This document shows, one piece after another, positions 36,718 to 47,100 of a DNA stretch of 64,000 nt. Made by a program: the position numbers and the translations under genes. This DNA is from a virus. The stretch's first letter is position 1, and each line of letters starts with the position of its first letter. Under the pieces are notes generated by a model that saw only the letters and a list, made by a program, of their open reading frames with translations, searched no databases and was not told the DNA's origin. The stretch lies in the IMG/VR virus record IMGVR_UViG_3300025450_000020, positions 1 through 64,000 of that record; one strand, written 5' to 3'.

Positions 36718-38148
36718 ATGGACATTCAAAAAACTTATTGGCAAAACAGCGAATCTTCAACAGCCTTGCATTTTCCTATTACCAAGGTTGACAAGGAGAA
36801 GCGTCTTGTATCAGGATTTGCGTCACTAGATAACGTTGACCGCCACGGAGATATTGTAACGGCGGATGCAAATAAGAAAGCCTTTGAAAGATTCAGAGGA
36901 AATATCCGTGAGATGCACGGGCCAACAGCAGTTGGTAAGATGGTTAAGTTTAAGCATGACACATTTTTTGATCCAGAGACTCAGAAGAAGTACAACGGCG
37001 TATATGTAACTGCCTATATTTCAAAGGGTGCACAGGATGCATGGGAGAAGTGCCTAGATGGTACTTATTCAGGTTTTTCTATTGGTGGAAACATCAATGA
37101 TGCAAAGATGGAAAAAGTTGACGGGGAGAACGAAACTCGTCGTGTTATCCATGATTATGATTTGCACGAATTGTCATTAGTTGATTCACCAGCAAACCAG
37201 CTTGCAAACTTTTTTTCTATTGAAAAGAATGTAGATGGAAGCACATTTGTTAAAGGAATGGTTGCAGACATCACACTAGAAAATGTATTCTGGTGCAAGC
37301 AAGATGAAGTTGCATCAACATCAGAAGCTATGTCAAAGGATTGCGTTGTATGTGATGCACCTATGACAAATATTGGTTGGGTTGAGCAAAAGGATTCAGA
37401 GAAGTTTGAAGCAATTGAAAAGGTAATTGATTCTTATTTCAAGAAAGATGATGCACCAACATCCGCACACGAAGCTGGCGAGACAGCTGCACCAGGTTTG
37501 GCAGGTAATGTCATTGATAGCAACGCTACCATTAATCTTTATCCTGATCAAAATAGCAAGAAAAAAGTCACGTTTGAAGACGGACTTAAAAAGAGTGAAG
37601 AGATTTCGCTCAACGAAGGAGGTAACAAAATGACAGAAAATACAGATGCAACAATTGAGAAGTCAATTGATGTTGAGACTCCTGCCGAAGAAGTTTCATC
37701 TGTTTCGGAGATTGCAGATACTACAGTTGAAAAGGCTGCAGAGATTTCTGAAGTTGAAGATACACTTGATTTTGAGAAGATGGTTTCAGACCTTAAAGCC
37801 TTCTTTGGTGAGTCACTAGAAAAGTCCAACACTAACTATGCTACACACGCAGCAACAGTAGCGGACATGTATAACATTGTTAACGAGACCAGAGCTGAAA
37901 TGGCTCGTTTGTCCAAGGCATATGAGGATATCCAGAAGGCAAATGAAGATCTCGCTACAAAGTACGAAACCTTGAGTAAGTCAGTAACAGATATGTTCGG
38001 AAAGATTGAGTATGTTGATCATCAACTCAAGAATTTTGAATCTGCTACTGCAGTTCAGAAGTCCATTGGGGTAGAAGCTCCAATGGGTCAAACAAAACCA
38101 AAACAAAGTATATGGCAAGGTGCTTTCCTCAGTGCTTCTAGCATATAA
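36718..38148 (+). CDS. prohead protease (HK97-type) fused to scaffold domain
   Basis: R.V.GFAS.D.VD..GD, REMH...AVG, GFSIGG, ELSLVD.PAN; acidic coiled-coil C-terminus. Confidence 0.9.
   Translation: MDIQKTYWQNSESSTALHFPITKVDKEKRLVSGFASLDNVDRHGDIVTADANKKAFERFRGNIREMHGPTAVGKMVKFKHDTFFDPETQKKYNGVYVTAYISKGAQDAWEKCLDGTYSGFSIGGNINDAKMEKVDGENETRRVIHDYDLHELSLVDSPANQLANFFSIEKNVDGSTFVKGMVADITLENVFWCKQDEVASTSEAMSKDCVVCDAPMTNIGWVEQKDSEKFEAIEKVIDSYFKKDDAPTSAHEAGETAAPGLAGNVIDSNATINLYPDQNSKKKVTFEDGLKKSEEISLNEGGNKMTENTDATIEKSIDVETPAEEVSSVSEIADTTVEKAAEISEVEDTLDFEKMVSDLKAFFGESLEKSNTNYATHAATVADMYNIVNETRAEMARLSKAYEDIQKANEDLATKYETLSKSVTDMFGKIEYVDHQLKNFESATAVQKSIGVEAPMGQTKPKQSIWQGAFLSASSI
37630..38148 (+). CDS. 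putative nested scaffolding protein from an internal in-frame start
   Basis: GAAGGAGGT SD 6 nt before in-frame ATG 37630. Confidence 0.6.
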   Translation: MTENTDATIEKSIDVETPAEEVSSVSEIADTTVEKAAEISEVEDTLDFEKMVSDLKAFFGESLEKSNTNYATHAATVADMYNIVNETRAEMARLSKAYEDIQKANEDLATKYETLSKSVTDMFGKIEYVDHQLKNFESATAVQKSIGVEAPMGQTKPKQSIWQGAFLSASSI

Positions 38149-38182
38149 AAAAATACAGAAAAAATAAGGTGGTGAAATAAAA

Positions 38183-39325
38183 ATGAGTAATGAACTTCTA
38201 CAAAAAGTAATTGATACTACGGACCTCGGTTCTTCAGCAGTCAATGCATCTACAGACTCTGCTACCCTTTCAGGTAACGGTCTCCTATATCCAGATCAAG
38301 CTAACCGCTTCTTGGATTACATGTGGGATGCAACAATCTTGGCTAAGACAGCCCGTACAATCCGTATGCGTTCAAACACAACCGAGATTGATCGTGTTGC
38401 TGTTGGACAACGTATCATGACCGTCGCACAGGAAGATAACCCACGTAACTTCGTGGCAAGTGGTGATAGCTATACAAACGCTAATACTACTACTTTCTCT
38501 GCACAAAATGCTACATTTAACAAGGTATCTCTTACAACACGCAAGCTCCGTCTTGACTGGGAACTTTCAGCAGAGTCTCTTGAAGACAATATTGAAGGTC
38601 CAGATCTAGAGGATCACATTGCACGTCTTATGGCTACCCAGGCTGGTAACGATATTGAGGATACCCTTATTAACGGTACTGGAACTGGTTCAGGTTTGAT
38701 GTCAGCATTCGCAGGCTTCCGTACATTGGCACTTAACAACGCACACGTTGTTGACGCTGCTGGTTATGGACTTGACAAGACCGTATTCAACCAAGCTATC
38801 AAGACCCTTCCACGTAAGTACAAGCAACGCAGAAACCAACTTCGCTTCTTCACAGGATCAAACTTGGTTCAGGATTACCTATTCAACCTAACAGCTAACG
38901 CTGGTAACGGCAACCCATTTGATATCGCTTCAGGTATCATCCGTGGAGATGTCGCTGCTAACGATGGCGGTCCAGGTTCAGTAACTCCTTTTGCGTTTGG
39001 AATTCCAGTTATCAACGTTCCGTTGATCAGCGAAACCCAGACTTACAATGGATCAGCTAACACAGGTGATGTTCACTTGACATTCCCGCAAAACTTCATT
39101 ATTGGTATCAAGCGTGACGTAACCGTCTATCGTTTGTTCCAGCCAAAGAAGGACACAATTGAATATACACTATTCATTCGTGTTGGTTGCGTAATGGAAA
39201 ACTACGATGCACACGTCATCGTTAAGAACATTGCAGTAGCAGGCTCAGTAATGTCTACCCCATCATTTGGATCAGCATACAATGGTTCAAACGTTACAGG
39301 TGGATTGAACGGCGAGACATTCTAA
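38183..39325 (+). CDS. major capsid protein (HK97 fold)
   Basis: Position after protease; G.L.P.Q..RF, E.LEDNIEG, D.E...INGTG, LP.KY. Confidence 0.92.
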   Translation: MSNELLQKVIDTTDLGSSAVNASTDSATLSGNGLLYPDQANRFLDYMWDATILAKTARTIRMRSNTTEIDRVAVGQRIMTVAQEDNPRNFVASGDSYTNANTTTFSAQNATFNKVSLTTRKLRLDWELSAESLEDNIEGPDLEDHIARLMATQAGNDIEDTLINGTGTGSGLMSAFAGFRTLALNNAHVVDAAGYGLDKTVFNQAIKTLPRKYKQRRNQLRFFTGSNLVQDYLFNLTANAGNGNPFDIASGIIRGDVAANDGGPGSVTPFAFGIPVINVPLISETQTYNGSANTGDVHLTFPQNFIIGIKRDVTVYRLFQPKKDTIEYTLFIRVGCVMENYDAHVIVKNIAVAGSVMSTPSFGSAYNGSNVTGGLNGETF

Positions 39326-39341
39326 TTTTAATTAGATGCAA

Positions 39342-39377
39342 GGCGGGGAGTTACTTCGGTAGCTCCCTTAGCCATTT
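39342..39377 (+). terminator. hairpin with cUUCGg loop after the capsid gene
   Basis: GGGAGTTAC-TTCG-GTAGCTCCC. Confidence 0.65.
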
Positions 39378-39411
39378 AATGCTATAATAAACAATGACGA
39401 GAGGAAGTCAA

Positions 39412-39813
39412 ATGTCATTTACAGATTTAAAAATTACAGAACTAAGAAAAGTCGCAGATTCTTTTGCTATTGATGCATCAGAATTAAAGACAAAACAAGA
39501 AATCATTGCAGCCCTTGAAGAAGAGGGCATCAGCTATCAAATGTATGCTAAGTTTGATAATGCTGAAAAGCAAGATATTGAAGTACCAGAGTTTGAAAAG
39601 CAGAAGAGAGAAAAGAAGATCATGTCAAAGACAGCAAATCAAGTGCTTGTAAAGATGGAAAGAAATAACCATTCATATCAAGTTGGCGTTTTCCAGTTTA
39701 CACAAGAGCATCCATTTTTGGCTATGTCAGAAGCAGACGCTCAAAAGATTTTTGATACAGAGCAGGGTTTCCGTCTTGCGACTCCTCGTGAGGCTCAAGA
39801 GTACTACGCTTAA
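39412..39813 (+). CDS. protein with Rho-N/HeH-like N-terminal domain
   Basis: L.ITELRK.A....I......K.EII.AL; GAGGA SD. Confidence 0.6.
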   Translation: MSFTDLKITELRKVADSFAIDASELKTKQEIIAALEEEGISYQMYAKFDNAEKQDIEVPEFEKQKREKKIMSKTANQVLVKMERNNHSYQVGVFQFTQEHPFLAMSEADAQKIFDTEQGFRLATPREAQEYYA

Positions 39814-39836
39814 AAATTAAATAGGGGGTGTTCTGA

Positions 39837-40808
39837 TTGCAAACAATCAACACAAACAGCCAGGAAAAGATTTACCTAGAGGTATATAGTAATGGAGTAT
39901 TATCGCAGGCAGATTCACTGCCAACATTGTCAATATACAATGCGGACAGCGATATTTACAATCCTGGAGGTACAATCAGTCAGACACCCCTCTATACCAA
40001 TTTAAATGCTTACGATGAGCCCGCAACTGGAGTTTATTCATATCAACTAACACCAAACATTACAAGTGTAAATATGGTGCTTGAAGTAGTTTGGTCTTAT
40101 ACCCAAGGCGGGGTAGCGGTGAAGACAACAGATTACTATAGTATTGAAACTCCATATGCTTCAATACCAGAAACAATGGATTTTCTAGGATACACGGGAG
40201 ACTCTTCTAAGCCTAACTATATTGATCCGAACACAATTATTAAGACCGAAAAAATGGCAAGAACCATTATTGAAGGTTATGCGGGAATTAAATTTTATAA
40301 GTATTATGGTTTTCAAGAAATTTACGGAATTGGTGCAAATACAATTCAGCTAACAGAGAAGATGCTCTCGTTGGATCAGATTTGGGAAAATCAAATTTTA
40401 GTATTTGATGGAACAACCAGTCCAGTCTATAATACTTTTGGATATAACACAGAGATTAGCCCTACTGGTTATCAGCTTCGCATTTGGTACCCAGCCTGGC
40501 CAGACGGCTGGAACAACGAAATGGATCCAACCATTTACGAATCGGGTCGTTTTAGAGATACCTACCTATATCGTTTTGTTGGAGAAATTGGTTACAATTA
40601 TGTTCCAGAAGATATTAAGCTTGCTTCAATGCTTTTGCAACAGGATATTATGTCAAACGACTACAACTGGAGGAACAAGTATTTGTCACAAGTTAACTTG
40701 AGTGAAATTTCATTCAAGATGGCAGGCGGGGCATTTAATGGTACAGGCAATGTTATGGTTGATAACATCCTAGATCAATACCGCAAGGCAAATATTGTAA
40801 TTATCTAA
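39837..40808 (+). CDS. head-tail adaptor/connector (TTG start)
   Basis: AR.IIE.Y, GY..VP.DI..A..LL, VD.IL..YR; position. Confidence 0.75.
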   Translation: MQTINTNSQEKIYLEVYSNGVLSQADSLPTLSIYNADSDIYNPGGTISQTPLYTNLNAYDEPATGVYSYQLTPNITSVNMVLEVVWSYTQGGVAVKTTDYYSIETPYASIPETMDFLGYTGDSSKPNYIDPNTIIKTEKMARTIIEGYAGIKFYKYYGFQEIYGIGANTIQLTEKMLSLDQIWENQILVFDGTTSPVYNTFGYNTEISPTGYQLRIWYPAWPDGWNNEMDPTIYESGRFRDTYLYRFVGEIGYNYVPEDIKLASMLLQQDIMSNDYNWRNKYLSQVNLSEISFKMAGGAFNGTGNVMVDNILDQYRKANIVII

Positions 40809-41260
40809 TGTTAAATAACCTAGTCTCATTTGCAGGATCAATCATGAATATGAACGCAGATGTTTATATTCAAGAAAATACTCAGGATGCCAATACTGGA
40901 GAGATTACCCGTCAATGGGTATATTCTCAAACTATTCAGTGTCGTATTGAGCCTGTTAAATCACGTGGTGCTTCTACAAGAACAGACAATAAGACGTTCG
41001 GAACAACTGGAGACGAGTTATATAACGAAAAATTTCAATTAAAGATGTACGGAACCTCCTTGCTTAGTAAGCGTTGGCGTATTCAAAATATCAGAACAAA
41101 TAAAGGTAAGTCAGTATTTGTTGAAATTGATAGAACAGGAACACCAGATACAATTTTTGAAGTAATGTCTTCACATGCGGTTGTTGATCCTTTTGGATCA
41201 ATTTCCTATTATGTGTCAGTACTTCTAAGGACTGAGCTACAAGATGACTCTGAAGCTTGA
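40808..41260 (+). CDS. head closure/stopper protein
   Basis: Position and size. Confidence 0.6.
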   Translation: MLNNLVSFAGSIMNMNADVYIQENTQDANTGEITRQWVYSQTIQCRIEPVKSRGASTRTDNKTFGTTGDELYNEKFQLKMYGTSLLSKRWRIQNIRTNKGKSVFVEIDRTGTPDTIFEVMSSHAVVDPFGSISYYVSVLLRTELQDDSEA

Positions 41261-41963
41261 GATTGACACAAAACAACTAGTTCAAGGCTTGGATGATTTA
41301 GTTATAGGAATTGATCAACTTGTAAAGCCAAAAGCACTTGAGCAAATATCAAGAGCCGTATTCTCCATAACAGGAGAAAGATTTATGGTTGATATTGATA
41401 ACTACTCAAGAGCTAATCCTAAAAAAATGCACCACGTTTATGAGTGGGGTCAAATAGGAGAAAAAACAGCAAGGCTATTTGTTTTAGAAAGAACCTCTGT
41501 TCTTGATGGAAGTCTTTTAATAACAACAAATTTTTTGCAATCAAAAATGCCAGTTCCAATAAGCCCAGAGCTTTTAAGACCAGGTAAGACTGGCAAGGTT
41601 GTAACTGCAAGAAATATTTTTGCTAATAAAGCACAAGTTATGGAGCAAGGAAATCCAGTGTCTTTTCAAGCAAAAAGAATACTTGCCATGACTTCTGGAA
41701 ACGGCATCGCTTTCGTAGCACCTGGCACACAGATTAATATTCTTCACCCAGGAGGAATTCAGACAAGAAATGCTTTTGCTGAGTATTTGCTTGAATGGTA
41801 CAGCAAAAATGGTAATGTAATTATGGAATCATCTGGGGTGTATGAGAGAATAGCTAGTGACGTTGCAAAAGTTTTAAGCACTAAGGGTGGAAATGCGACG
41901 GGAGTACAAAAAGCAGTTACTTTAATTGCTGATGCAGTAGATACAGGGAGTGTAATAAGATGA
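41244..41963 (+). CDS. neck/tail completion protein
   Basis: Position; HHVYEW and KA.VME.G motifs. Confidence 0.55.
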   Translation: MTLKLEIDTKQLVQGLDDLVIGIDQLVKPKALEQISRAVFSITGERFMVDIDNYSRANPKKMHHVYEWGQIGEKTARLFVLERTSVLDGSLLITTNFLQSKMPVPISPELLRPGKTGKVVTARNIFANKAQVMEQGNPVSFQAKRILAMTSGNGIAFVAPGTQINILHPGGIQTRNAFAEYLLEWYSKNGNVIMESSGVYERIASDVAKVLSTKGGNATGVQKAVTLIADAVDTGSVIR

Positions 41964-42499
41964 CGGTAGATTATTCAAGAGTGGCAGCCACAGATGTCAG
42001 AAATGCTATTTGGGCTCAGTTGCAAAGCTATGGCATACTTCATGCTAATGACTATATTCCACAAGGCTCTAATGGCCTTACAACCGCTCTTTGCCCTATT
42101 ATTCCATCACAGCAGGTGCCAGAATTTAACAATTTGCTGCCAGGTAAAACCTATATAACCTATGACATTATTCAAAAAAATTACGGGGTTCAATGGTGGC
42201 TTTCACAAGAAACTATGGTTCTCCAGATTATTTCAAGAAGCAATGCTCAGATCCTGACCATATCAAACTTCCTGACAGACTTTGTCAGACGCTATGAGTA
42301 TTCAGCTGCTGATATAAATGACGTGGCTCATACAGCAAATAGCCCATTTAAGTTCTTATATTGCAGACTAGAGGCAGCCAACCCAATCCAGCCATTCCAA
42401 GATGAAGGCGGGTTCATGAGTGGTGACTTCTCATTCATGTATACCTATACCCGTTCGGTAGATGAGGGTACAAACTCCAATACTGGAAGATATATCTAA
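41960..42499 (+). CDS. tail terminator protein
   Basis: Position immediately before the major tail gene. Confidence 0.55.
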   Translation: MTVDYSRVAATDVRNAIWAQLQSYGILHANDYIPQGSNGLTTALCPIIPSQQVPEFNNLLPGKTYITYDIIQKNYGVQWWLSQETMVLQIISRSNAQILTISNFLTDFVRRYEYSAADINDVAHTANSPFKFLYCRLEAANPIQPFQDEGGFMSGDFSFMYTYTRSVDEGTNSNTGRYI

Positions 42500-42601
42500 A
42501 GTTTGAATTATTTCCAACAAATGCTATGATTTTCTATGAGGAAGCAAGTTGTCGTCTTTTTTGTTTTAAATTTAAAATAAATAAGGTGGTGAAATAAATA
42601 A

Positions 42602-43411
42602 ATGGCTCTAAACACTAAAAATGTAATCGTAGGTGCAGCAGCACTTTTTACTAGCGTTGGAAACAACACTAATACTTTTGGTCGTCCAGCAACAGACTCT
42701 ACAACTCTTGGTACTTTGTTCCCAGCTGGTGTTCCAGCTCGTCAAGGTCTCCTTGCATCTAATGGAGCATCTAACGGTGGATACCGTGAAGTAGGATTTA
42801 CAAACACAGGACTTGAGATTTCATACGAACCAGTATATGGTGAGATTATGGTTGATCAACTTTTGGACGCAGCTCGTATCTTTAAGCAAACTCTCAAGGT
42901 TTTGCTAAAGACCGAACTTACAGAAGCAACTCTTGAGAACCTTACATTCTCATGGGGACAAATGGACTCTTACTATGTTGCAAATACTGCAAGCACAGTA
43001 ACAGCAGTCCCATCATTGGTTAACAATGATACAGCTTTGGGTAACTCAGACTCTCCAGCAGCAACATTGAACTTGGCTGCAGGTGCTCTTGGTGATACAC
43101 CAGTAGAGCGTGTACTTATTGCAGTTGGACAAGCTCCAGCTCAGATTGGTACATCTCAGTCATACGCAGATCCAAGCGGTGCATCAGGATCAACAGTAAT
43201 CGGCGCAGGTGCAAATACAAACGCACTTCGTAGCCGTGAGCGTGTCTATGTGGCACGTCGTGTTGTTTCAATTGATACAACAATGCATGCTTTGAAGCGT
43301 GATGCAGCAACAGTATTCCCAGTGAATTTCCGTTGCTTGCCTGATACTTCATATGCTTATGCAGGATCAGAATACGGTGTAGTTATTGACCGTGTATACG
43401 GAACTAACTAA
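42602..43411 (+). CDS. major tail (tube) protein
   Basis: NVIVGAA.LF, VG.T..G....Y.P....I.VDQ, T.L.EATLENL; strong codon bias. Confidence 0.88.
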   Translation: MALNTKNVIVGAAALFTSVGNNTNTFGRPATDSTTLGTLFPAGVPARQGLLASNGASNGGYREVGFTNTGLEISYEPVYGEIMVDQLLDAARIFKQTLKVLLKTELTEATLENLTFSWGQMDSYYVANTASTVTAVPSLVNNDTALGNSDSPAATLNLAAGALGDTPVERVLIAVGQAPAQIGTSQSYADPSGASGSTVIGAGANTNALRSRERVYVARRVVSIDTTMHALKRDAATVFPVNFRCLPDTSYAYAGSEYGVVIDRVYGTN

Positions 43412-43434
43412 GCTGTAAACTACAACTTAATATA

Positions 43435-43475
43435 GAATTTCAGGCCCCGTCAGAAATGGCGGGGTTCTGAATTTG
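43435..43475 (+). terminator. terminator-like hairpin after the major tail gene
   Basis: CAGGCCCCGTC-loop-GGCGGGGTTCTG with flanking AATT arms. Confidence 0.65.
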
Positions 43476-43524
43476 TCTTGACTAATTATATTGGTATAAT
43501 TTAACTAAACAAAGGAGCTATAAA

Positions 43525-43863
43525 TTGGCAACAACCGTATATGATATAGTAGAAATTGAATTAAGTGATGGAACATCCATTACTCTCAAGCCGCTGCCTA
43601 TTAAGCAGTTGAAGAAGTTCATGGATATTATTAACGCCATGCAAAAGGATGAGAATCAATCAGAAACCGCCGCAATGGATATATTTGCGGATGCAGCAAT
43701 GATTTGTTTAAATGCTTTGGGTAGAACAGATCTCGGAACAAACAAAGATAAGTTTGAAGAGACAATTGAAGTTCCTACTATGATGAAGATTTTGGAAGTC
43801 GCAGGAGGTCTAAAGCTTACAGACCCAAACCTTCTGGGAGCGGCTCTAGTTGGGACGAACTAG
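43525..43863 (+). CDS. tail assembly chaperone, G-like (TTG start)
   Basis: Between major tail and tape measure; AAGGAG SD. Confidence 0.85.
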   Translation: MATTVYDIVEIELSDGTSITLKPLPIKQLKKFMDIINAMQKDENQSETAAMDIFADAAMICLNALGRTDLGTNKDKFEETIEVPTMMKILEVAGGLKLTDPNLLGAALVGTN

Positions 43864-44141
43864 ATCTACGCTCCTTAGAGTCTGAAGTTTTCTTACTCGG
43901 TCATTGGAAAAACTTTGACGAGTTAGAAGAAAGTCTTTCTATCAATGAATTAGATGCAATTCTAAATTCAATGAGAGAGAAAGAACATCGTGAAATGAAG
44001 TTTATGGCTTCATTGCAGGGTGTGGACCTTGACGAAGCTTCCAAGGAACCAGAAGATGTTACTGCACTTAAAAATGCAAGAATTGCTTCTGACGAAGGTT
44101 TCGGAATTGGTGAAGGACTTGGATTCATGTCGCAGGAATGA
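43824..44141 (+). CDS. tail assembly chaperone GT extension via -1 frameshift (not in ORF track)
   Basis: Slippery C CCA AAC at 43824-43830; open -1 frame WDELDLRSLESEVFLLGHWKNFDELEE... to TGA 44141. Confidence 0.85.
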   Translation, partial: PKPSGSGSSWDELDLRSLESEVFLLGHWKNFDELEESLSINELDAILNSMREKEHREMKFMASLQGVDLDEASKEPEDVTALKNARIASDEGFGIGEGLGFMSQE

Positions 44142-44157
44142 TGGGGGTGTAAACTAA

Positions 44158-47100
44158 TTGGCTAATATAGAACTTAATATTGTTGCGTTAGGTGACTTCT
44201 CCTCAGTTAACGCACAAATTAAAGCTCTTCAAGCCCAAGTCGCATTGCTCCAACAGGGCATGGCGGGTGTTGGTGTAAACTCAACCCTTGCAAAAGATTT
44301 AAATAATATAGCCAATTCCTTTAAGCAGACAATGCTTTCAACTGGTCAATTTACTGCATCTACAGTTAAGATGGCCACTGAAACAGAAAAGTTTGGTCAA
44401 GCACTTCAAAAGGGTAGCTTAGGAATTGGTAACTATTTTAATATACTTACCAATAGAGCTTCTTCTGCAACGAGTAGTGTCAAAGCTTTAGCTGTAGAAC
44501 AAACAAAGCTTCAAAATTCTGTCATTATGTCAGACCCTACAAAACAGGGCTTTTATTCAGTATTTACTCCTACCACTATAAATGCAGTGGCGAATGCAAC
44601 AAAGATTGCTGCAAATGAACAAAATATTTACAATATCGCAGTTGAAAAAGGATCACAAGCTTTAATCAACTGGGGTAAGAATACACAATGGGCGGGACGT
44701 CAGCTAACAGTTGGTATGTCTATGCCATTAATCCTATTTGGACAACAGGCTATAGCATCTTTTGATAGTGTAAACAAGGCCATTACACAGCTTCAAAAAG
44801 TTTATGGAGAAGGATTGACTCCTCCAAGCCAAAATTCAATTAATCAAATTTCTCAACAGGTTTTGGACCTTGGAAGAAATATGGCTTCTACCCTAGGAAT
44901 TACCCAAGAATTTACTGTTCAAGTAGCATCATCATTTGCTGCTATGGGTAAAATGGGGACAGATTTAACCACTGCTACCGAGCAAACTGTAAGATTAGCA
45001 AAACTTGGCAACCTTGATCAACAGACAGCTACAAGTGCTGTTATTGCTCTTCAAAATGTTTATAAGCTAAATACAACCCAGTTGTCAGATGCAGTTAATT
45101 ACTTTGGTGCAATTCAGAAGCAAACATCCCTTTCTATGAATGACCTTGTTTCTGCAGAAAGTAGAGTCGGACCAATTATTGATCAGCTTGGCGGAAGTTA
45201 TAAAGATACTTCTGTTATGTTGCTTGCTATGAAAGAAGCAGGTGTTCCAGCAGCACAAGCTGCAAACGCATTAAAGTCAGCATTTGGCTCTATCATCGCT
45301 CCAACCGCTGCTGCAAATAAGGAATTCCAGTCGTTTGGTATTAATCTGGATTCAATTAAAAATGCTGGCGGACCAGTTCAAATGATTCAGGCTTTGCAAG
45401 CAAGCCTTCAAAATTTGTCTCCACTTGTTAGAGAACAGCTTATTGAAAAGCTATTTGGAAAATATCAGTTTGCAAGAATCTCAGCCCTTATTGAAAACTT
45501 TGGAAAAGTAGGAAGCCAGACTGCAAATGCTATTAAGGTTGCAAATGCTTCAAGCCAACAGATACAAAATCTTGCAAATCAAGAGCTTACACAAGCTACA
45601 TCAACTCCATCTGCACAGTGGACAAAAGCTATGGCTACTATTAAAGCAGATTTGTATCCTGTAGGACAAAAACTTCTTGAATTTGGAACTAAGATTCTTC
45701 AATTTGGCAATGGTATCGCAAAATTATTCCAGGGACTACCTGGTCCAGTTAAAGCTGTTATGGGAGCACTTGCAATAGGTGTGGCTTTATCAGGACCAAT
45801 AATTATGTTAACTGGTTTGTTTGCAAACTTTGTTGGATATGTAATTAAAGGAATATTTAATTTAAAGCAACTTGCCACGGGCGGCAAGACCTTAGGACAA
45901 CTATTAACTCCAGAAATGATTGCAGCCCAAAACGCTAGTAAATTGTTTGGTGATGGAATAGCTTCAGATGTAGAAGAAATTGATTTGTTAAATACTGCTA
46001 TTAAGCAATTGACGGTAAGTATGCAAGAGCTTATAGCAAGCATGAACCAAGGCGCAGGAATTTCAACTCTTACAGAAGCAGTAACAGCTCTTGATTCAGT
46101 TGCCACGGCCGAGGCGGGTATACCAGAAGCCATTAGAAACATTCCTTTCAAGGCACCAGGTATGGCTACAGGAGGATATGTTCCAGGATCAGGAAATTCA
46201 GATACATTCCCAGCAATGCTTACTCCAGGTGAAGCGGTAATTCCAAAGGATAAGGCTAGAAAGTATGGACCATTTATCAGTGCAATGATTGATGGTAATT
46301 TGCCAGGGTACGCTGTCGGAACACAATCAACATTCGGAGAAGCAACATTTGTTAAGCCAGGTTCAACAAGTGCTCCTTCAGAAATTGCGGGACTTGCAAA
46401 CTATATAATAGGTCCACAGCTTGAAGCAATAAGAGCAATAATAGAAAAATTAAATCTTACATTAAATCCAAAGCAAATTAATGATATGTTAACTGCAGAC
46501 GCAGCACACATAAATCATGCAACAACACCAGAGGGCTACAAGGCTTGGCAACTAAGCAATTTGACAGGTGCAACAGGAGCAGAGAATAAAGCTTTGGAAT
46601 ACATGTCTGGCGAGGGTGAAGCAAGAAAAAACATTAGACCACAATGGCAAGCTTCAACAGACAAAGTAATGGAAGCAATGCTTGAGGGAGTTAATGATCC
46701 AGCAGTAAGAGAGCAAATTAAAGCAACAGCAGCAAGAGTAAGAGTAGGCTCTCAACCTATTGATAGGTTTGAAGGCGAATTTATGAACGCCGTTTTGGCG
46801 GACATGATGGAAAAAGTAAAAAGTGGTCAAATTAAAGCATCTTCAGCTACAACCAATTATTTGCCCGTTGCAAAAGCAATTTCAGATGCAAGACTAAATG
46901 GAGATTTGCCAAGTTATGAGTCTTTAACTTATAAGGCAAATGAACCAGGAATCTTAGCTGCAATGACAAAGAGCGGAAAAGATGCAGAAATGGCTGCACG
47001 TGAAGCTGCAGCACAATATATTGCCGCATTAAAAGCAGGAATTCAAGCAGGTACAGTAACTGTTGAAGAAGCAGTTGCAGATCTTGTAGCAAAAGGATTA

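Noticed and set aside
43901-44128. Minus-strand 75-aa ORF between chaperone and TMP
   Set aside because: Antisense shadow of the -1 frameshift extension on the plus strand.
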